DNA of 64,000 nt from Candidatus Bathyarchaeia archaeon (GCA_038727135.1 JAVYWL010000003.1:128001-192000), one strand, 5' to 3'; positions 18,731 through 30,099 are shown, numbered from the stretch's first letter. Notes: generated from the letters alone by a model not told the origin. Numbers and translations: made by a program.

Positions 18731-20422
18731 TTACCCTTCCAAAGCCCTTAAGCGTTGGATTCTTTTTCGAATCGCCTTTATAGTTTTCTTCCGGGTTAGG
18801 CAAACGCTAATGGTGCCAACTATTAAAACACTTATTATCATGGAAGGTTGGAGTTCTGGAATTAGGTTTGGTGAAACCCGAATCAAAGCAAGAAGAGCCA
18901 CTTTTATGTGGTTTTCAAGGTCGTCTGGCTCCACCCAGTTTAGGGTTTCCGTTGAAGTTGAATTGTCATAGGATGTGTGAATCCACCCAGCAACGTCTCT
19001 GTTCCATAAATCACTGTACAAAAGCGGATAAGAACAAAGCATAGCGCTTGACATCACCGGTACAGCATCTGAAATACCTAAGTCAATACTCCAAGAGCGT
19101 TGAATTTCGTTGTTGACACTTGATGGGATGCGAAATGATTCTTGGTCTGAACCGCCAACACTTTCAAGCTCAATGCTTACGCTTAAGTCTTGAGCTGCTT
19201 CAATTATTTTCTGTGCGAGTTGACTGCTAGGAGTTTCCGTGACATGTAAATCGTCGCTTCCAATACAATCAAGGTTTATTACAGCCTTGATGCTAGCCAT
19301 TTCACTTTTATGTTCCTTAATAAAATGCGCTGAACCAACAAGATCAAGCTCCTCACCGGCAAAAGCCACAAACAGAATCGTGTAGGCTGGCTGATAATAT
19401 CCTTCTTGTATTGCTTGACTAATAACTTTGACAAGCTCTATTACACCAGCCACACCCGCGCCATTATCACAGAAGCCACAGCACATAACAGTGTCGTAAT
19501 GAGCCGAAACTATGACGATTTTTTGAGGGTCACTCATGCCTTCAATTTTTCCAACAACATTGTAGTGGATGCCGTTTTGGCTTATGCGCGCCTTAATCTT
19601 CACGAAGGCGGATAAGCATGAGTCAGCCTCTTCTTTCTGCCTAATCATCGTGCCATCAGCATAATTTACAAAGCCAACTGGGATTTGGAGATTCCAGAAG
19701 TATGTGCCACGTCCGCTTAATGGTAGGCCTCCAGCCGAGGAATGCATAGGTGGAGTGAAGTTCATCCAATCATACCACCATGTAAAAATAACCGCTGCCG
19801 GACGCTGTTCCGTCAATTTTTCTTTGAACTTCTGTTCCCACAAGGAGTTCCAACGAATCTCTCTGCCAGTCAAAACGATTTTATCAGTCGTGTTTATAGT
19901 ATTCCATAATGTTGTTGGATCTATACTGCTCGAGTGCGCTTCATTGTAGTTTGCTGCTGGTGGCAGGGGAAGAACTACAAGGTCTTCGAAGGAGCCCAGC
20001 CACAATGGTTGACTGTAATGTTCACATTGAAAAGAGTTAATAATAATGCTGTCATTCACGGTCCCAGGATCCCCGTCTTCGTCTATAACCAACAATGGTT
20101 TAGCCTCTAAAGTCCAATTTACAAAGGTGAATGGTTCAAGCCAAGCGTTTAAACCAAAACTTTCAAACTGTTCTTTAATCCAAATGGCCGCCTCGTAAGC
20201 GCCGCTGGAACCAGACGAGCGGAAATCCGGATAAGCCAAGGAAATCTCTTCTAACGCCAAGTCATAACCATAAGCGCGTGTGCCATTCACAAGTTCGATG
20301 ATTTGAGTTTCTACGGGGCTTAAAGAGTTTTGAAAGCAAAAGGCATGTTTGCCATCGTATCGTGGAGCAAGCAAAGCTATAATTAAAAACAGCGAAGGGA
20401 AAATGAGAATTCGTTTAGCCAT
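18731..20422 (-). CDS. secreted M28-family metallopeptidase
   Basis: Signal peptide, SAHYD, DNGAG, GEE, INLD, GSD and H..YD; C-terminal IPEL-TM-basic tail. Confidence 0.85.
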   Translation of the reverse strand: MAKRILIFPSLFLIIALLAPRYDGKHAFCFQNSLSPVETQIIELVNGTRAYGYDLALEEISLAYPDFRSSGSSGAYEAAIWIKEQFESFGLNAWLEPFTFVNWTLEAKPLLVIDEDGDPGTVNDSIIINSFQCEHYSQPLWLGSFEDLVVLPLPPAANYNEAHSSSIDPTTLWNTINTTDKIVLTGREIRWNSLWEQKFKEKLTEQRPAAVIFTWWYDWMNFTPPMHSSAGGLPLSGRGTYFWNLQIPVGFVNYADGTMIRQKEEADSCLSAFVKIKARISQNGIHYNVVGKIEGMSDPQKIVIVSAHYDTVMCCGFCDNGAGVAGVIELVKVISQAIQEGYYQPAYTILFVAFAGEELDLVGSAHFIKEHKSEMASIKAVINLDCIGSDDLHVTETPSSQLAQKIIEAAQDLSVSIELESVGGSDQESFRIPSSVNNEIQRSWSIDLGISDAVPVMSSAMLCSYPLLYSDLWNRDVAGWIHTSYDNSTSTETLNWVEPDDLENHIKVALLALIRVSPNLIPELQPSMIISVLIVGTISVCLTRKKTIKAIRKRIQRLRALEG

Positions 20423-20489
20423 TAATGCATTCCACAGTTATTTTGGATATGCTAAGTCAAAATAAGGTTTGTTGAAAAGCGCATGATTT

Positions 20490-20933
20490 TCACTTCTTAA
20501 TTTTCTCAACAACGCGGATTTCTTCAATAACTGTTGATGGATACTGACCCCTTTCGTCCTTTTCATACTGTTTTACCATATCCCAAATTGTTAGGAGACT
20601 TATGGCCGTCGCCACCAGAGCTTCCATTTCAACGCCTGTTTGGGCTTCGGTTTTCACGGTAGAAGAAACCTCAACTACTGATTCGTCTAGGATTTTTATG
20701 TCCACTTTTACGTTTGTTAGGGGTAGCGGGTGGCAGAAGGGTATTAGGATGCTCGTCTCCTTTGCCGCTAGTGTTCCGGCAATTTTAGCCGTGTAAATTG
20801 GGTCGCCTTTTTCGACTTTTCCATTTTTTATCAATTTTATGGTTTCTGGTTTTAGCCTAATTCTTCCGGTAGCTGTTGCTTCACGGTAAACTTTCGGCTT
20901 TCCGGTTATGTCAACCATCGCCACACAAATCAC
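20490..20933 (-). CDS. moaC: cyclic pyranopterin monophosphate synthase
   Basis: MVDITGK, IPFCHP, TGVEMEAL, WDMVK. Confidence 0.95.
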   Translation of the reverse strand: MICVAMVDITGKPKVYREATATGRIRLKPETIKLIKNGKVEKGDPIYTAKIAGTLAAKETSILIPFCHPLPLTNVKVDIKILDESVVEVSSTVKTEAQTGVEMEALVATAISLLTIWDMVKQYEKDERGQYPSTVIEEIRVVEKIKK

Positions 20934-20968
20934 AGCTCCATTCAGAGTTTAGAAAGCCAGCTCATTAT

Positions 20969-21262
20969 TTAATGGTTCTGAAAAGCCTTGTCGATCTTTT
21001 CGGTTTTCTCCCAACTTTCGATTAGGTCTTGTATAGCCCTAGCCTTTGCAGAGTTTATGTCAAAGCGGTATAAGCGAATTCTTCCAAACCTTTTATGTTG
21101 GAGAATACCCTCTTCTTCAAGGATTTTCAAGTGTTCCATTGTTGTCTTGTGATTTGCGCCTATTCTTCTGGCAATTTCCGAAACATTCAGCTCTCCCATC
21201 TGGTTTAAGGTTTTTAGAATTTTTAAGCGGAGCCTGTTTCCAAGAACTTCTTCTATTTGCAT
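20969..21262 (-). CDS. ArsR-family wHTH regulator
   Basis: RLKILK...LNVSEIARR...HLKILEEEGI. Confidence 0.85.
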   Translation of the reverse strand: MQIEEVLGNRLRLKILKTLNQMGELNVSEIARRIGANHKTTMEHLKILEEEGILQHKRFGRIRLYRFDINSAKARAIQDLIESWEKTEKIDKAFQNH

Positions 21263-21291
21263 GTCGCGTGAAAGTTTGGCGACATCCCTAT

Positions 21292-21666
21292 TTAAGTTTG
21301 GTCTTGATACATGTTGTCCACGACTTTAATCCATCTTGTTGCCAGTATTTGGTCGAAGTCTTCGCTTTTCGGGTCTAGGTCTGAAGCCACTAGATGCCAG
21401 TGGTCGTTTATTGTGGCGAAGGTGCTATCCAAAATCACGAATTTTGGCGTGTACTTGAAAACTTCCCGCCCTATCTGAGATATTATGTTTAGGGCTCGTT
21501 CATAAGCCTTGTACGGTATGGTGTGCTGGTGCCGCTTATAAATTATCATAATTCTCTCCCTGTGCCCCTTAAGATTCTTGGTTCGCAGAACAATGAAGGA
21601 GTCATCCTCGTAGAAGACTTTCTCTTTTTTGAGGTCTAGCTCGCATAGGGGGCAATTTGCCGGCAT
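21292..21666 (-). CDS. HIT-like protein
   Basis: N-terminal CPLC, VFYEDD and DHWHLV (degenerate histidine triad). Confidence 0.6.
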   Translation of the reverse strand: MPANCPLCELDLKKEKVFYEDDSFIVLRTKNLKGHRERIMIIYKRHQHTIPYKAYERALNIISQIGREVFKYTPKFVILDSTFATINDHWHLVASDLDPKSEDFDQILATRWIKVVDNMYQDQT

Positions 21667-21726
21667 CGCACATACCGCCTAGCATCAAGTAATAAGATGC
21701 GTGAAGAGGCATATGTATTTATTGCA

Positions 21727-22920
21727 TCACTTGCCCTCAATTTCCCTTCCCAAAAGAGTGGTTAGCTCCCTCTCCAGTTCTTGCGCTGGAATCCCCGGTA
21801 GACATATAAATGTGGTTCTACCTCGCTGACCAGCGGATGAGACGCTTTTCCTAATTATGCCTATGGCTGAAAGCATTTGCAAGTACTTCCACAATTGCGT
21901 GTGGGTATGGGGTTGCACATCAAATTCTTCGCATACAACGGCGTATGCCCGCTCCACTTCTGTTAGGGAGGCATAAGCCCTATCACAGTTTTCTTTAAAG
22001 AAACGCGCTACGCCCAGCAGAAAGAGCTTCTCGTGTAGGCTTAATGCGGCAAGGTCGCTTTTCTTCGCAACCGCGTATATGCTTGAAACAGCCTTTCTGA
22101 CACATTCTGGCGTCACTGTGCCTAAATCTTCAGCGTCAGCATATTTCCCAGCCCTCCATAAGAGCTCTATGGCGAAGCGGGCGTTTCCACCTTCCGAGTA
22201 GGCAAGTTCAGCGATGAGATTTACCGTTTCTTCTTGAACAGTTAGGGGTTTGAAGGCAATTTGAACTCTGTCGTTTATAATGTCTATAAGTTGTTCTCGG
22301 CTGTAGGGTTCAAGGTGTATTATGTTGGACTGCAACGTGCTTCTGGTGCTGGGGTCAAGCTCCTCAATAGCTCTTAGGCTTTTCAATATGCATATGAGGG
22401 AAACTCTCTGTGGCTTGTCAATTCTTGCCTCTTGCAGCCGCGTGAGCTTGTAAACTGGTTCGGCTCCTTCCCTCTCAATTAGGCTCTCAAACTCATCTAG
22501 CGTTAGGATAGCATAGGCGTTCTGTTCATCCAAGACTTGTAAGAAAATATTGAGGAGCTCCTCTGCTGAAAAACCGCGTTTTGGGAATGTTGGGTGGAAA
22601 AATGAAACTGCATGGTGAAGTATGAGGAATAGGCTTCCGCGGTACTGGCGGCAGTTCACATGAATATAATTGAGGTTTATTCCCTTCTGCTTGGCTTGCT
22701 GGGTTAAGTCTGCCCCAAATCTTTGGGAAAGGGCTGTTTTTCCTGTTCCAACATCCCCCACTATTAGGACTCTTTGAGCCATTTTCCCAGGAGCAGACAG
22801 CGCAAAGCTGAAAAATTCCGCGAGGAGTCGCATTTCTGCCTCCCTGTGGGGGAGTCTGCTTGGAACATAGTTTATGTCAAGCTTCGCCTCGTCCTTGAAT
22901 ACACTTCTGTAGGTTGGCAA
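21727..22920 (-). CDS. cdc6: Orc1/Cdc6 replication initiator
   Basis: YVPSRLPHRE, Walker A GDVGTGKT, YIHVNC, Walker B LTLDE, GNARFAI, C-terminal wH domain. Confidence 0.93.
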   Translation of the reverse strand: MPTYRSVFKDEAKLDINYVPSRLPHREAEMRLLAEFFSFALSAPGKMAQRVLIVGDVGTGKTALSQRFGADLTQQAKQKGINLNYIHVNCRQYRGSLFLILHHAVSFFHPTFPKRGFSAEELLNIFLQVLDEQNAYAILTLDEFESLIEREGAEPVYKLTRLQEARIDKPQRVSLICILKSLRAIEELDPSTRSTLQSNIIHLEPYSREQLIDIINDRVQIAFKPLTVQEETVNLIAELAYSEGGNARFAIELLWRAGKYADAEDLGTVTPECVRKAVSSIYAVAKKSDLAALSLHEKLFLLGVARFFKENCDRAYASLTEVERAYAVVCEEFDVQPHTHTQLWKYLQMLSAIGIIRKSVSSAGQRGRTTFICLPGIPAQELERELTTLLGREIEGK

Positions 22921-23043
22921 CCCTCAAAACCTAGTAAGAGATACGCTTAAACCTCTGTTATGTTTTTCTCTTCAAATTTGCGTTCGGCTTTTTGAAACAC
23001 AAAACTTTTAAGCTGATTCTCGTATTTTACAGCGAAAAGCAAG

Positions 23044-23604
23044 ATGATTCCAAAATACTTCTTTCTAACAAAGGGTGTCGGAAAACACAAAGAGCAACTT
23101 CAATCCTTCGAGTTGGCACTGCGGAACGCGGGCATTCAGCACTGCAACATAGTTAACGTTTCAAGCATAATACCACCCGGCTGCAAGCTCATCCCAAAAG
23201 AGAAAGGACTGAAAATGCTTAGACCAGGCGAAATAACCTTCGTCGTTTTAGCTAGAAACCAGACAAACGAGCCACATAGGCTTATCGCCGCTTCAATAGG
23301 TGTGGCAATTCCATCCGGCAAGAATAATTATGGCTATCTGTCGGAGCACCACTCCTTTGGGCAGACAGACGAAGTGGCAGGGGACTATGCTGAGGATTTG
23401 GCTGCGACGATGTTGGCAACAACTATGGGAATTCCCTTCGACCCTCAGACGGCTTGGGATGAGCGGAAACAACAGTTCAGGGCAAGCGGACTCATCATCA
23501 AAACCACCAATATAACGCAGTCGGCTACAGGCGACAAGAACGGCTTATGGACAACGGTTATCGCTGCGGCTGTCTTCGTTCCTGGAAAAAGAACTAGCGT
23601 CTAA
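23044..23604 (+). CDS. pdaD: pyruvoyl-dependent arginine decarboxylase
   Basis: [11 protein letters not shown], self-cleavage site VSSI, YGYLSEH. Confidence 0.93.
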   Translation: MIPKYFFLTKGVGKHKEQLQSFELALRNAGIQHCNIVNVSSIIPPGCKLIPKEKGLKMLRPGEITFVVLARNQTNEPHRLIAASIGVAIPSGKNNYGYLSEHHSFGQTDEVAGDYAEDLAATMLATTMGIPFDPQTAWDERKQQFRASGLIIKTTNITQSATGDKNGLWTTVIAAAVFVPGKRTSV

Positions 23605-23682
23605 ACCTCGCCCTTTTTCTATGCCTTTCATCTAAAAGGATATTAGGCTATTGTATCTAAAACCAGCATTGTTGGTGAATAG

Positions 23683-24372
<690 letters not shown>

Positions 24373-24384
24373 GAGACCAGCCCC

Positions 24385-25266
24385 TTGAAGGTTGAAGCCG
24401 AATGCGCAGCGTGCATAATCAGCAGAGGGGCAGCTGAAATCAAGGAGGCGACGACTAATCCAGCCCTGCGGTTTAGAGCCATGATGGAGCTTCTCCATAT
24501 GCTAAGCAAGGAGTTTAAGCCCTCTGCTGTCCCAGCCGACTTGGGAACGAAAAGAGATCGCCTAATAAAAAGGGTTACCGGAAACAACGACCCATATAAA
24601 AGGAGTAAGCGGCTATGCAACGAAAGTGCCTTGAAGCTTTTGCCATACGCCAGGAAGCTTGTGGAGGAGGGTTACACGCTGCAGGATAGGTTTAAGAGGG
24701 CTTGCCTCTGCGCCATGGTTGGCAACACCATGGAGTTTGACATTCCTGGGCACAAGTTCACATTTAGGGGTTTACGGAAAAGCCTAAGAGATGCTGGAAA
24801 AGACTTGGTTATCGACGATATTGGCAAAATCTACGAAGCAGCAAAAAATTCCGGTACTGTTCTTTATTTGACGGATAATGCCGGAGAAATAGTTTTCGAC
24901 ACGCTGGTTGTTGAACAGCTTAAAAACATGGGATTAACGGTCATTGTAGCTGTTAAGGGCGGACCAGTCATAAACGATGCAACCATTGAGGATGCCGAAA
25001 TCTCTGGCATGACTAAAATTGCGGATAAGGTTATAACAACCGGGACGGATGCTGTTGGCTTAGCTCCAAAAGAAGTTTCAGCTGAATTCCTAAAAGTTTA
25101 CGAATCGGTGGACATGGTTTTCGCTAAGGGCATGGGTTATGCCGAAACCTTGACGGAGTACGAGCTGAAAAAGCCGCATGCTTTACTTTTTAGGGCTAAG
25201 TGTGAACCTGTAGCAAACTTTTTTGCCGTGCCAAGAGAGAAGAATGTTGCGAAGTTGATGCCGTAA
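24385..25266 (+). CDS. ARMT1/DUF89 damage-control phosphatase
   Basis: ECAAC, DPY, DNAGEIVFD, INDAT, KGMG. Confidence 0.9.
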   Translation: MKVEAECAACIISRGAAEIKEATTNPALRFRAMMELLHMLSKEFKPSAVPADLGTKRDRLIKRVTGNNDPYKRSKRLCNESALKLLPYARKLVEEGYTLQDRFKRACLCAMVGNTMEFDIPGHKFTFRGLRKSLRDAGKDLVIDDIGKIYEAAKNSGTVLYLTDNAGEIVFDTLVVEQLKNMGLTVIVAVKGGPVINDATIEDAEISGMTKIADKVITTGTDAVGLAPKEVSAEFLKVYESVDMVFAKGMGYAETLTEYELKKPHALLFRAKCEPVANFFAVPREKNVAKLMP

Positions 25267-25267
25267 A

Positions 25268-27361
25268 ATGAAGAAGTTTACGCCATCAATAAGTCTAAAT
25301 GGGAAAATTCTCTCCGATGTTGACGAATCGCTACAAAAGGAGTGGATTATAACAAACGGCTTAGGGGGATATGCTTCCTCAACAGTTTTGGGAATAAACA
25401 CTAGGAAATATCATGGGGTTCTTGTGGCGGCTTTTCATCCGCCGAGAAACCGAAGGGTTTGTGTGGCTAAACTGGACGAGGAGCTAAAGATTGGAAACGC
25501 CTTCTATCCAGCCTTTGCCAACGAGTTTCAAAGTGGCGTATATCCGAAAGGACATGAGTTTCTCCGAGAGTTTCATTTGTCGCCATTTCCAAAGTACGTT
25601 TACAACGTTCAAAATGTTAGGTTTTCAAGAACCCTTTTCATGCCATGCAAAAGGAACGCCACCCTAACCATATACGAGTTCTTTAACACCGGCATAGTGG
25701 ACGTTGAAGTTCGAATTTTCCCGCTAATAACGTGTAGGCATTTCCACTCGGTTGTGGATAGGTGGCGTAATCCGCCAAAATTCTCTCAGAAGACATATGG
25801 TAGGAGAGTCAAAATAAACGTTGAAAAGCCGCAAGCCACAATCATTCTTGAAGCAACTCATGGGGCTTATGCTCGGGCTGAAAAGTGGATTGAAAGGGTT
25901 TATTTCCGCGAAGAGCACAATCGTGGAGAAAGCCACCTAGACAGCTGGTTCCAGCCGGGATTTTTCGAAATAAAGGTTGAAAGAGGCGCCACCGAAAAGT
26001 TTGTGTTGACCGCTGTGGCTGGCGAAGACGAGTCAAGAGTCGAGGAAATGGCGGATGAAATGCCAGCCACAACATATGACGTGGAAAATTTGTATAACAA
26101 CGAATGCGAACGTCGCGAACAGCTGCTTGAAAGATTTTACGCGGAACACAAAGGCGTGGAAGAGAAAGACTGGCTTAGCTGGCTTGTTTATGCAACAGAC
26201 ATGTTTATTGTTGGAGGCTTTGGAAAGGCTTGGAAGTCTGTTATCGCTGGCTACCACTGGTTTGAGGATTGGGGAAGAGACACCTTCATAGCTTTGCCAG
26301 GGCTTATGCTTGTCACTGGAAGATTTGAGGATGCTAGACAAACTCTTCTGGCATTCAACCAACATTTTATGAACGGCTTAATCCCAAACTTTATTTCAGA
26401 TGCTGATGCCAAACCGGTTTACAATGCTGTTGACGCCACATTGTGGTTTGTGAACGCTGTTCTCCAGTATTTGAAGTACACTGGCGACTTTGAATTTGTT
26501 GAGAAAAACTTGTGGGAAAACATGAGGGCGATTGTCGAAAACTTTGAAAAGGGAAAGAGCCCAAAAATCCGCATAGACAATGATGGGCTTATTTTTCACG
26601 GACCACAATTAACATGGATGGACACAGCCATAGACGGGCAGCCAGTAACGCCGAGGACTGGAAAGGCTGTTGAAGTTCAAGCATTATGGTATAACGCCCT
26701 CAAGACGTTAGAGATTTTGGCTAGAAAATTCAAGGAGACGGGCATGGCTGAAAAATTTGCATGTCTAGCCGAAAAAGCAAAGGGAAGCTTTAACGCAAAG
26801 TTTTGGAATTCTGAGAAGGGTTGCTTGTTTGACGTTGTCGATGAGGGCGGCTCTGGCGACCTGTCCATTAGGCCTAACCAAATCATTGCAGTTGCATTAG
26901 ATTTCACAATGCTTGATAAAACGAAAAGCAGCAAGGTGGTGGATGTTGTACGTCGAGAGCTTCTAACGCCGTTTGGCTTAAGAACTCTTGCAAAAAGTGA
27001 CCCGAGATATATAGGCGTTTATCGTGGAGATAGACGAAGCAGAGACCTAGCCTACCACAACGGCACTGTTTGGCCTTGGCTTTTAGGTCCTTTCGTGAAG
27101 GCTTATTTGAAAACTGAGGGTTATGGCGAGTACATGCGGGAATACGCCTTTAGAAGTTTCCTCGCGCCGCTCCTCACAACACAGGTTTTTGTGGCCGGAC
27201 TTGGAGCCATAAGCGAAGTTTATGATGGCGACCCGCCTCACAGGGCTGGTGGTTGCATAGCCCAAGCATGGAGTGTAGCCGAGCCGTTAAGGGCTTATGT
27301 TGAAGACATTCTCTATTTTAGACCGCCATTTGAGGGGGAAGTTTTCAAAATTTTAGGGTGA
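25268..27361 (+). CDS. glycogen debranching enzyme (amylo-alpha-1,6-glucosidase family)
   Basis: EWIITNGLGGYAS, AGYHWFEDWGRD, LTWMD, YHNGTVWPW, QAWS. Confidence 0.93.
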   Translation: MKKFTPSISLNGKILSDVDESLQKEWIITNGLGGYASSTVLGINTRKYHGVLVAAFHPPRNRRVCVAKLDEELKIGNAFYPAFANEFQSGVYPKGHEFLREFHLSPFPKYVYNVQNVRFSRTLFMPCKRNATLTIYEFFNTGIVDVEVRIFPLITCRHFHSVVDRWRNPPKFSQKTYGRRVKINVEKPQATIILEATHGAYARAEKWIERVYFREEHNRGESHLDSWFQPGFFEIKVERGATEKFVLTAVAGEDESRVEEMADEMPATTYDVENLYNNECERREQLLERFYAEHKGVEEKDWLSWLVYATDMFIVGGFGKAWKSVIAGYHWFEDWGRDTFIALPGLMLVTGRFEDARQTLLAFNQHFMNGLIPNFISDADAKPVYNAVDATLWFVNAVLQYLKYTGDFEFVEKNLWENMRAIVENFEKGKSPKIRIDNDGLIFHGPQLTWMDTAIDGQPVTPRTGKAVEVQALWYNALKTLEILARKFKETGMAEKFACLAEKAKGSFNAKFWNSEKGCLFDVVDEGGSGDLSIRPNQIIAVALDFTMLDKTKSSKVVDVVRRELLTPFGLRTLAKSDPRYIGVYRGDRRSRDLAYHNGTVWPWLLGPFVKAYLKTEGYGEYMREYAFRSFLAPLLTTQVFVAGLGAISEVYDGDPPHRAGGCIAQAWSVAEPLRAYVEDILYFRPPFEGEVFKILG

Positions 27362-28396
27362 AATGGCTTTTCTTAGGCTTTCTGCGGCTGTTTCTGGGGA
27401 AACCGTGTTGATGTACATGCCTGTACTTTTTTCGAATCCAGCCCATATGGCGAGTTTTGGGTAAACCTCCACATGCCAATGATAATAGTGGTTTGCAGCT
27501 TTGTCTAGGGCTATGTGGAAGCCGAAGTTGTAGGGCGGATCGTTCAAGAGGTTTTTTAGCGCGCCTAGGCATGCCTTCAAGGTTCTTGCGAAGTTTTCCC
27601 TTTCCCTCTCGGATAGCTTGAGGGGTGAAGTCCCATGCTTTTTGGGGAATATCCAAAACTCAAGCGGGTTGACACTTGCATATGGCGCGAATGCTAGGAA
27701 GTCTTGGTTTTCCATTATGAAGCGGGGACTGTTCCGCTCTTTTTCCATGATTTCGCAGAAGATGCAACTGTTGTTTCTACGCCAGTGACGGCGGCTGGCA
27801 GCCAATTCCTCTCTGACAATTTTTGGTGTGAAGGGTGTTGCTATTATTTGGCTGTGGGCGTGAGAAAGCGAAGCCCCAGCCTCTAAGCCATGGTTTCGAA
27901 ATATGGAGACATAACGCACATACGGTTTTGTGGAAAGCTCACTGAGCCTATCCAGGTAAGCGTTTATCACGTGGACTAGTTGGGGTAGCCGTGCGTCCGA
28001 TGGGTGCTCATCATGGTTTGGCGATTCCACCAAAACCTCGTGATGCCCAACAGCATCAACCAAAGCCGAATCGTGACCTTTCATAATTTTCCTCTTACTT
28101 GTTGCTTCTTGTGGTGGGCTGAAGGCCGGGAAAAGGTTTGGGAAACACCGGATAATCCAGTTTTTATGTCTAAATCCGTCTTCATCCTTCGCCTTCCTAA
28201 TTTTTCCACATGATTCCAGATAGACAAGCAGTGCTGGCGGCGTCATGTGCTCGTTTCCCGGACAGAAGGGGCAAACACCTACTTTTGCTGGTGTTCTTTC
28301 CTTTTTTGCGAAGTCTGTTGGTCTGCGTCCCCGTTCTGTAGCAATTACAACCCACCTGTCTAGAAGGTAGTCTTTGCGTAGCTCACTGTGGGGCAA
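27353..28396 (-). CDS. galT: galactose-1-phosphate uridylyltransferase
   Basis: ELRKD, CPFCPGNE, GASLSHAHSQ; start refined to TTG 28396. Confidence 0.93.
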   Translation of the reverse strand: MPHSELRKDYLLDRWVVIATERGRRPTDFAKKERTPAKVGVCPFCPGNEHMTPPALLVYLESCGKIRKAKDEDGFRHKNWIIRCFPNLFPAFSPPQEATSKRKIMKGHDSALVDAVGHHEVLVESPNHDEHPSDARLPQLVHVINAYLDRLSELSTKPYVRYVSIFRNHGLEAGASLSHAHSQIIATPFTPKIVREELAASRRHWRRNNSCIFCEIMEKERNSPRFIMENQDFLAFAPYASVNPLEFWIFPKKHGTSPLKLSERERENFARTLKACLGALKNLLNDPPYNFGFHIALDKAANHYYHWHVEVYPKLAIWAGFEKSTGMYINTVSPETAAESLRKAISP

Positions 28397-28560
28397 TTTT
28401 AAACCCAATAGCCTATCACCAGTCCAAAATTTAGCATTTTCCATGATGCTAATAGCACATTAGAGTGACAATTTTGCTTAGACTTTCGAACTGCAAAATT
28501 GATAGCCCTCCTCTATTTTTCACAAGTGGGTGGCGTTTTTGCTCTCCTTTCTTGGCTTGT

Positions 28561-30099
28561 TTAGGCTTTTGCCCCGATTAATTGCTTGTAGATTTTTGCA
28601 CTTTTTCGCATAATTCGCTTTTTTGTTTGGAGGTCTACGGCGTATAAGCCGAACTTCATTTTGAAGCCTTTAGCCCACTCATAATTGTCCGTCAAAGCCC
28701 AGTGGAAATAGCCCCTAACGTCCAATTTCTCCTCTTTTATTGCTTTCTCCAAAATCGCGATGTGGTCTTCCAGAAATTTTGGTCTGAGCTTATCCTCCGA
28801 GTCGGCTATCCCATTCTCCGTTACATAAATTGGTTTGGCAAACTTTGCCATAGCCTTTAAGGCTTCAAGAAGGCCTTCTGGATAGATTTCCCATCCCATG
28901 TCGGATGCTGGCTTGCCATCGGCAGATTGGCTTTTTGGTTGACACCCAAAACCATAGTTTGGCACGATTTCTGGCACTGCTGGAATCCCCGCGAACAACT
29001 TAGCCAGCAAGTTTCGCTTACCTTTAATCATAAAACGCGTGTAATAGTTTACGCCGAGCCAGTCCACACGGTTAGCCAAATAGCCTTTCACTTCATTCTT
29101 CTCTTTAACGCCGTTCAAGTTCTCGTCAAGCCAGCCTTCTGCAATAGCCCTTGGGAAAAACTGGTTATGCAAATTATCCATAAACTGTGCCGCATCAACA
29201 TCAAGCCTTTCACTAGCTTGAAGCGGATAGGCTGGAATAACGTTGTGGATAAGCCCCACAAAAGCTGGGCTTGGGCTATCGCTGTCAGCCTTAACATTGT
29301 CAAACTTTTTTATCGTTTCGTAGGCTCTGGCGTGAGCCAAAACCATGTTTTTGGCAGCCCTCTTAGCGACTCTAAAATTGTTTACACCAGGCGGGAAGCC
29401 AGACTCCGCTATCATGTAGCCGGCCTCGCAAACAGCCATCGGCTCGTTTAGGGTTGCCCAGTTGTCAACAATGTCGCCTAAACTCCAAGCCATGAAAGCC
29501 GCATACTTCGTAAACTCGATTATGGTGGATTCTTCAAGCCAGCCTTTCGGTCCCCGCCTTAGCCTTGTTGCCCACACAGTCAGCGGGTCGTGAATCCATA
29601 AGGGAAGCGTAAAATGGTTTAGGCAGACGAAAACCTTGAAGCCCCTCGCCCTCAAATCTTCTATGATGAGCCTATAATGGTTTAAAGCCTCCTTATCCGC
29701 CAGTTTTTCGAGCTCTTCGATGGCTTTGTCGTCCACTTCTATTTTTGATATGTTGCCATCAGAAGCTCTATCAACTCTAACGTGGACTGTTGCCGTTGTT
29801 TTCGGGAAGATTCTGCTCCATTCTGTGCCAATGCGGTAAGCGTTTAACCCAAGCTTTTCCGCAAGTTCATGGTCCCTTTCATACAAGTGCCAATAATCTA
29901 TGCCATTTTCTGGCAGGTCGCCACTCACCATGCCTCGCCTAATGTTTTCAGCGTCATGCGCCCAAACAAACCAGTCAGTGTTGGCGTCCACACTATTGCC
30001 AGACGAGTCGCCCATTTCAAACTGAAAGCCGCTTTCCGAAACACCCCACAAAAATTTTTCCGTTACCCCCAAAGGCATCATACACCACCAAACTTGCAC
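28561..30099 (-). CDS. GH1 beta-glycosidase (archaeal beta-galactosidase type)
   Basis: GFQFEMG, EWSRIFP, acid/base NEP, nucleophile TENG, DNYEWA. Confidence 0.93.
   Translation of the reverse strand: MQVWWCMMPLGVTEKFLWGVSESGFQFEMGDSSGNSVDANTDWFVWAHDAENIRRGMVSGDLPENGIDYWHLYERDHELAEKLGLNAYRIGTEWSRIFPKTTATVHVRVDRASDGNISKIEVDDKAIEELEKLADKEALNHYRLIIEDLRARGFKVFVCLNHFTLPLWIHDPLTVWATRLRRGPKGWLEESTIIEFTKYAAFMAWSLGDIVDNWATLNEPMAVCEAGYMIAESGFPPGVNNFRVAKRAAKNMVLAHARAYETIKKFDNVKADSDSPSPAFVGLIHNVIPAYPLQASERLDVDAAQFMDNLHNQFFPRAIAEGWLDENLNGVKEKNEVKGYLANRVDWLGVNYYTRFMIKGKRNLLAKLFAGIPAVPEIVPNYGFGCQPKSQSADGKPASDMGWEIYPEGLLEALKAMAKFAKPIYVTENGIADSEDKLRPKFLEDHIAILEKAIKEEKLDVRGYFHWALTDNYEWAKGFKMKFGLYAVDLQTKKRIMRKSAKIYKQLIGAKA

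Noticed and set aside
22921-23043. Replication origin upstream of cdc6
   Set aside because: Only about 120 bp and no ORB repeats; looks like an ordinary divergent promoter.
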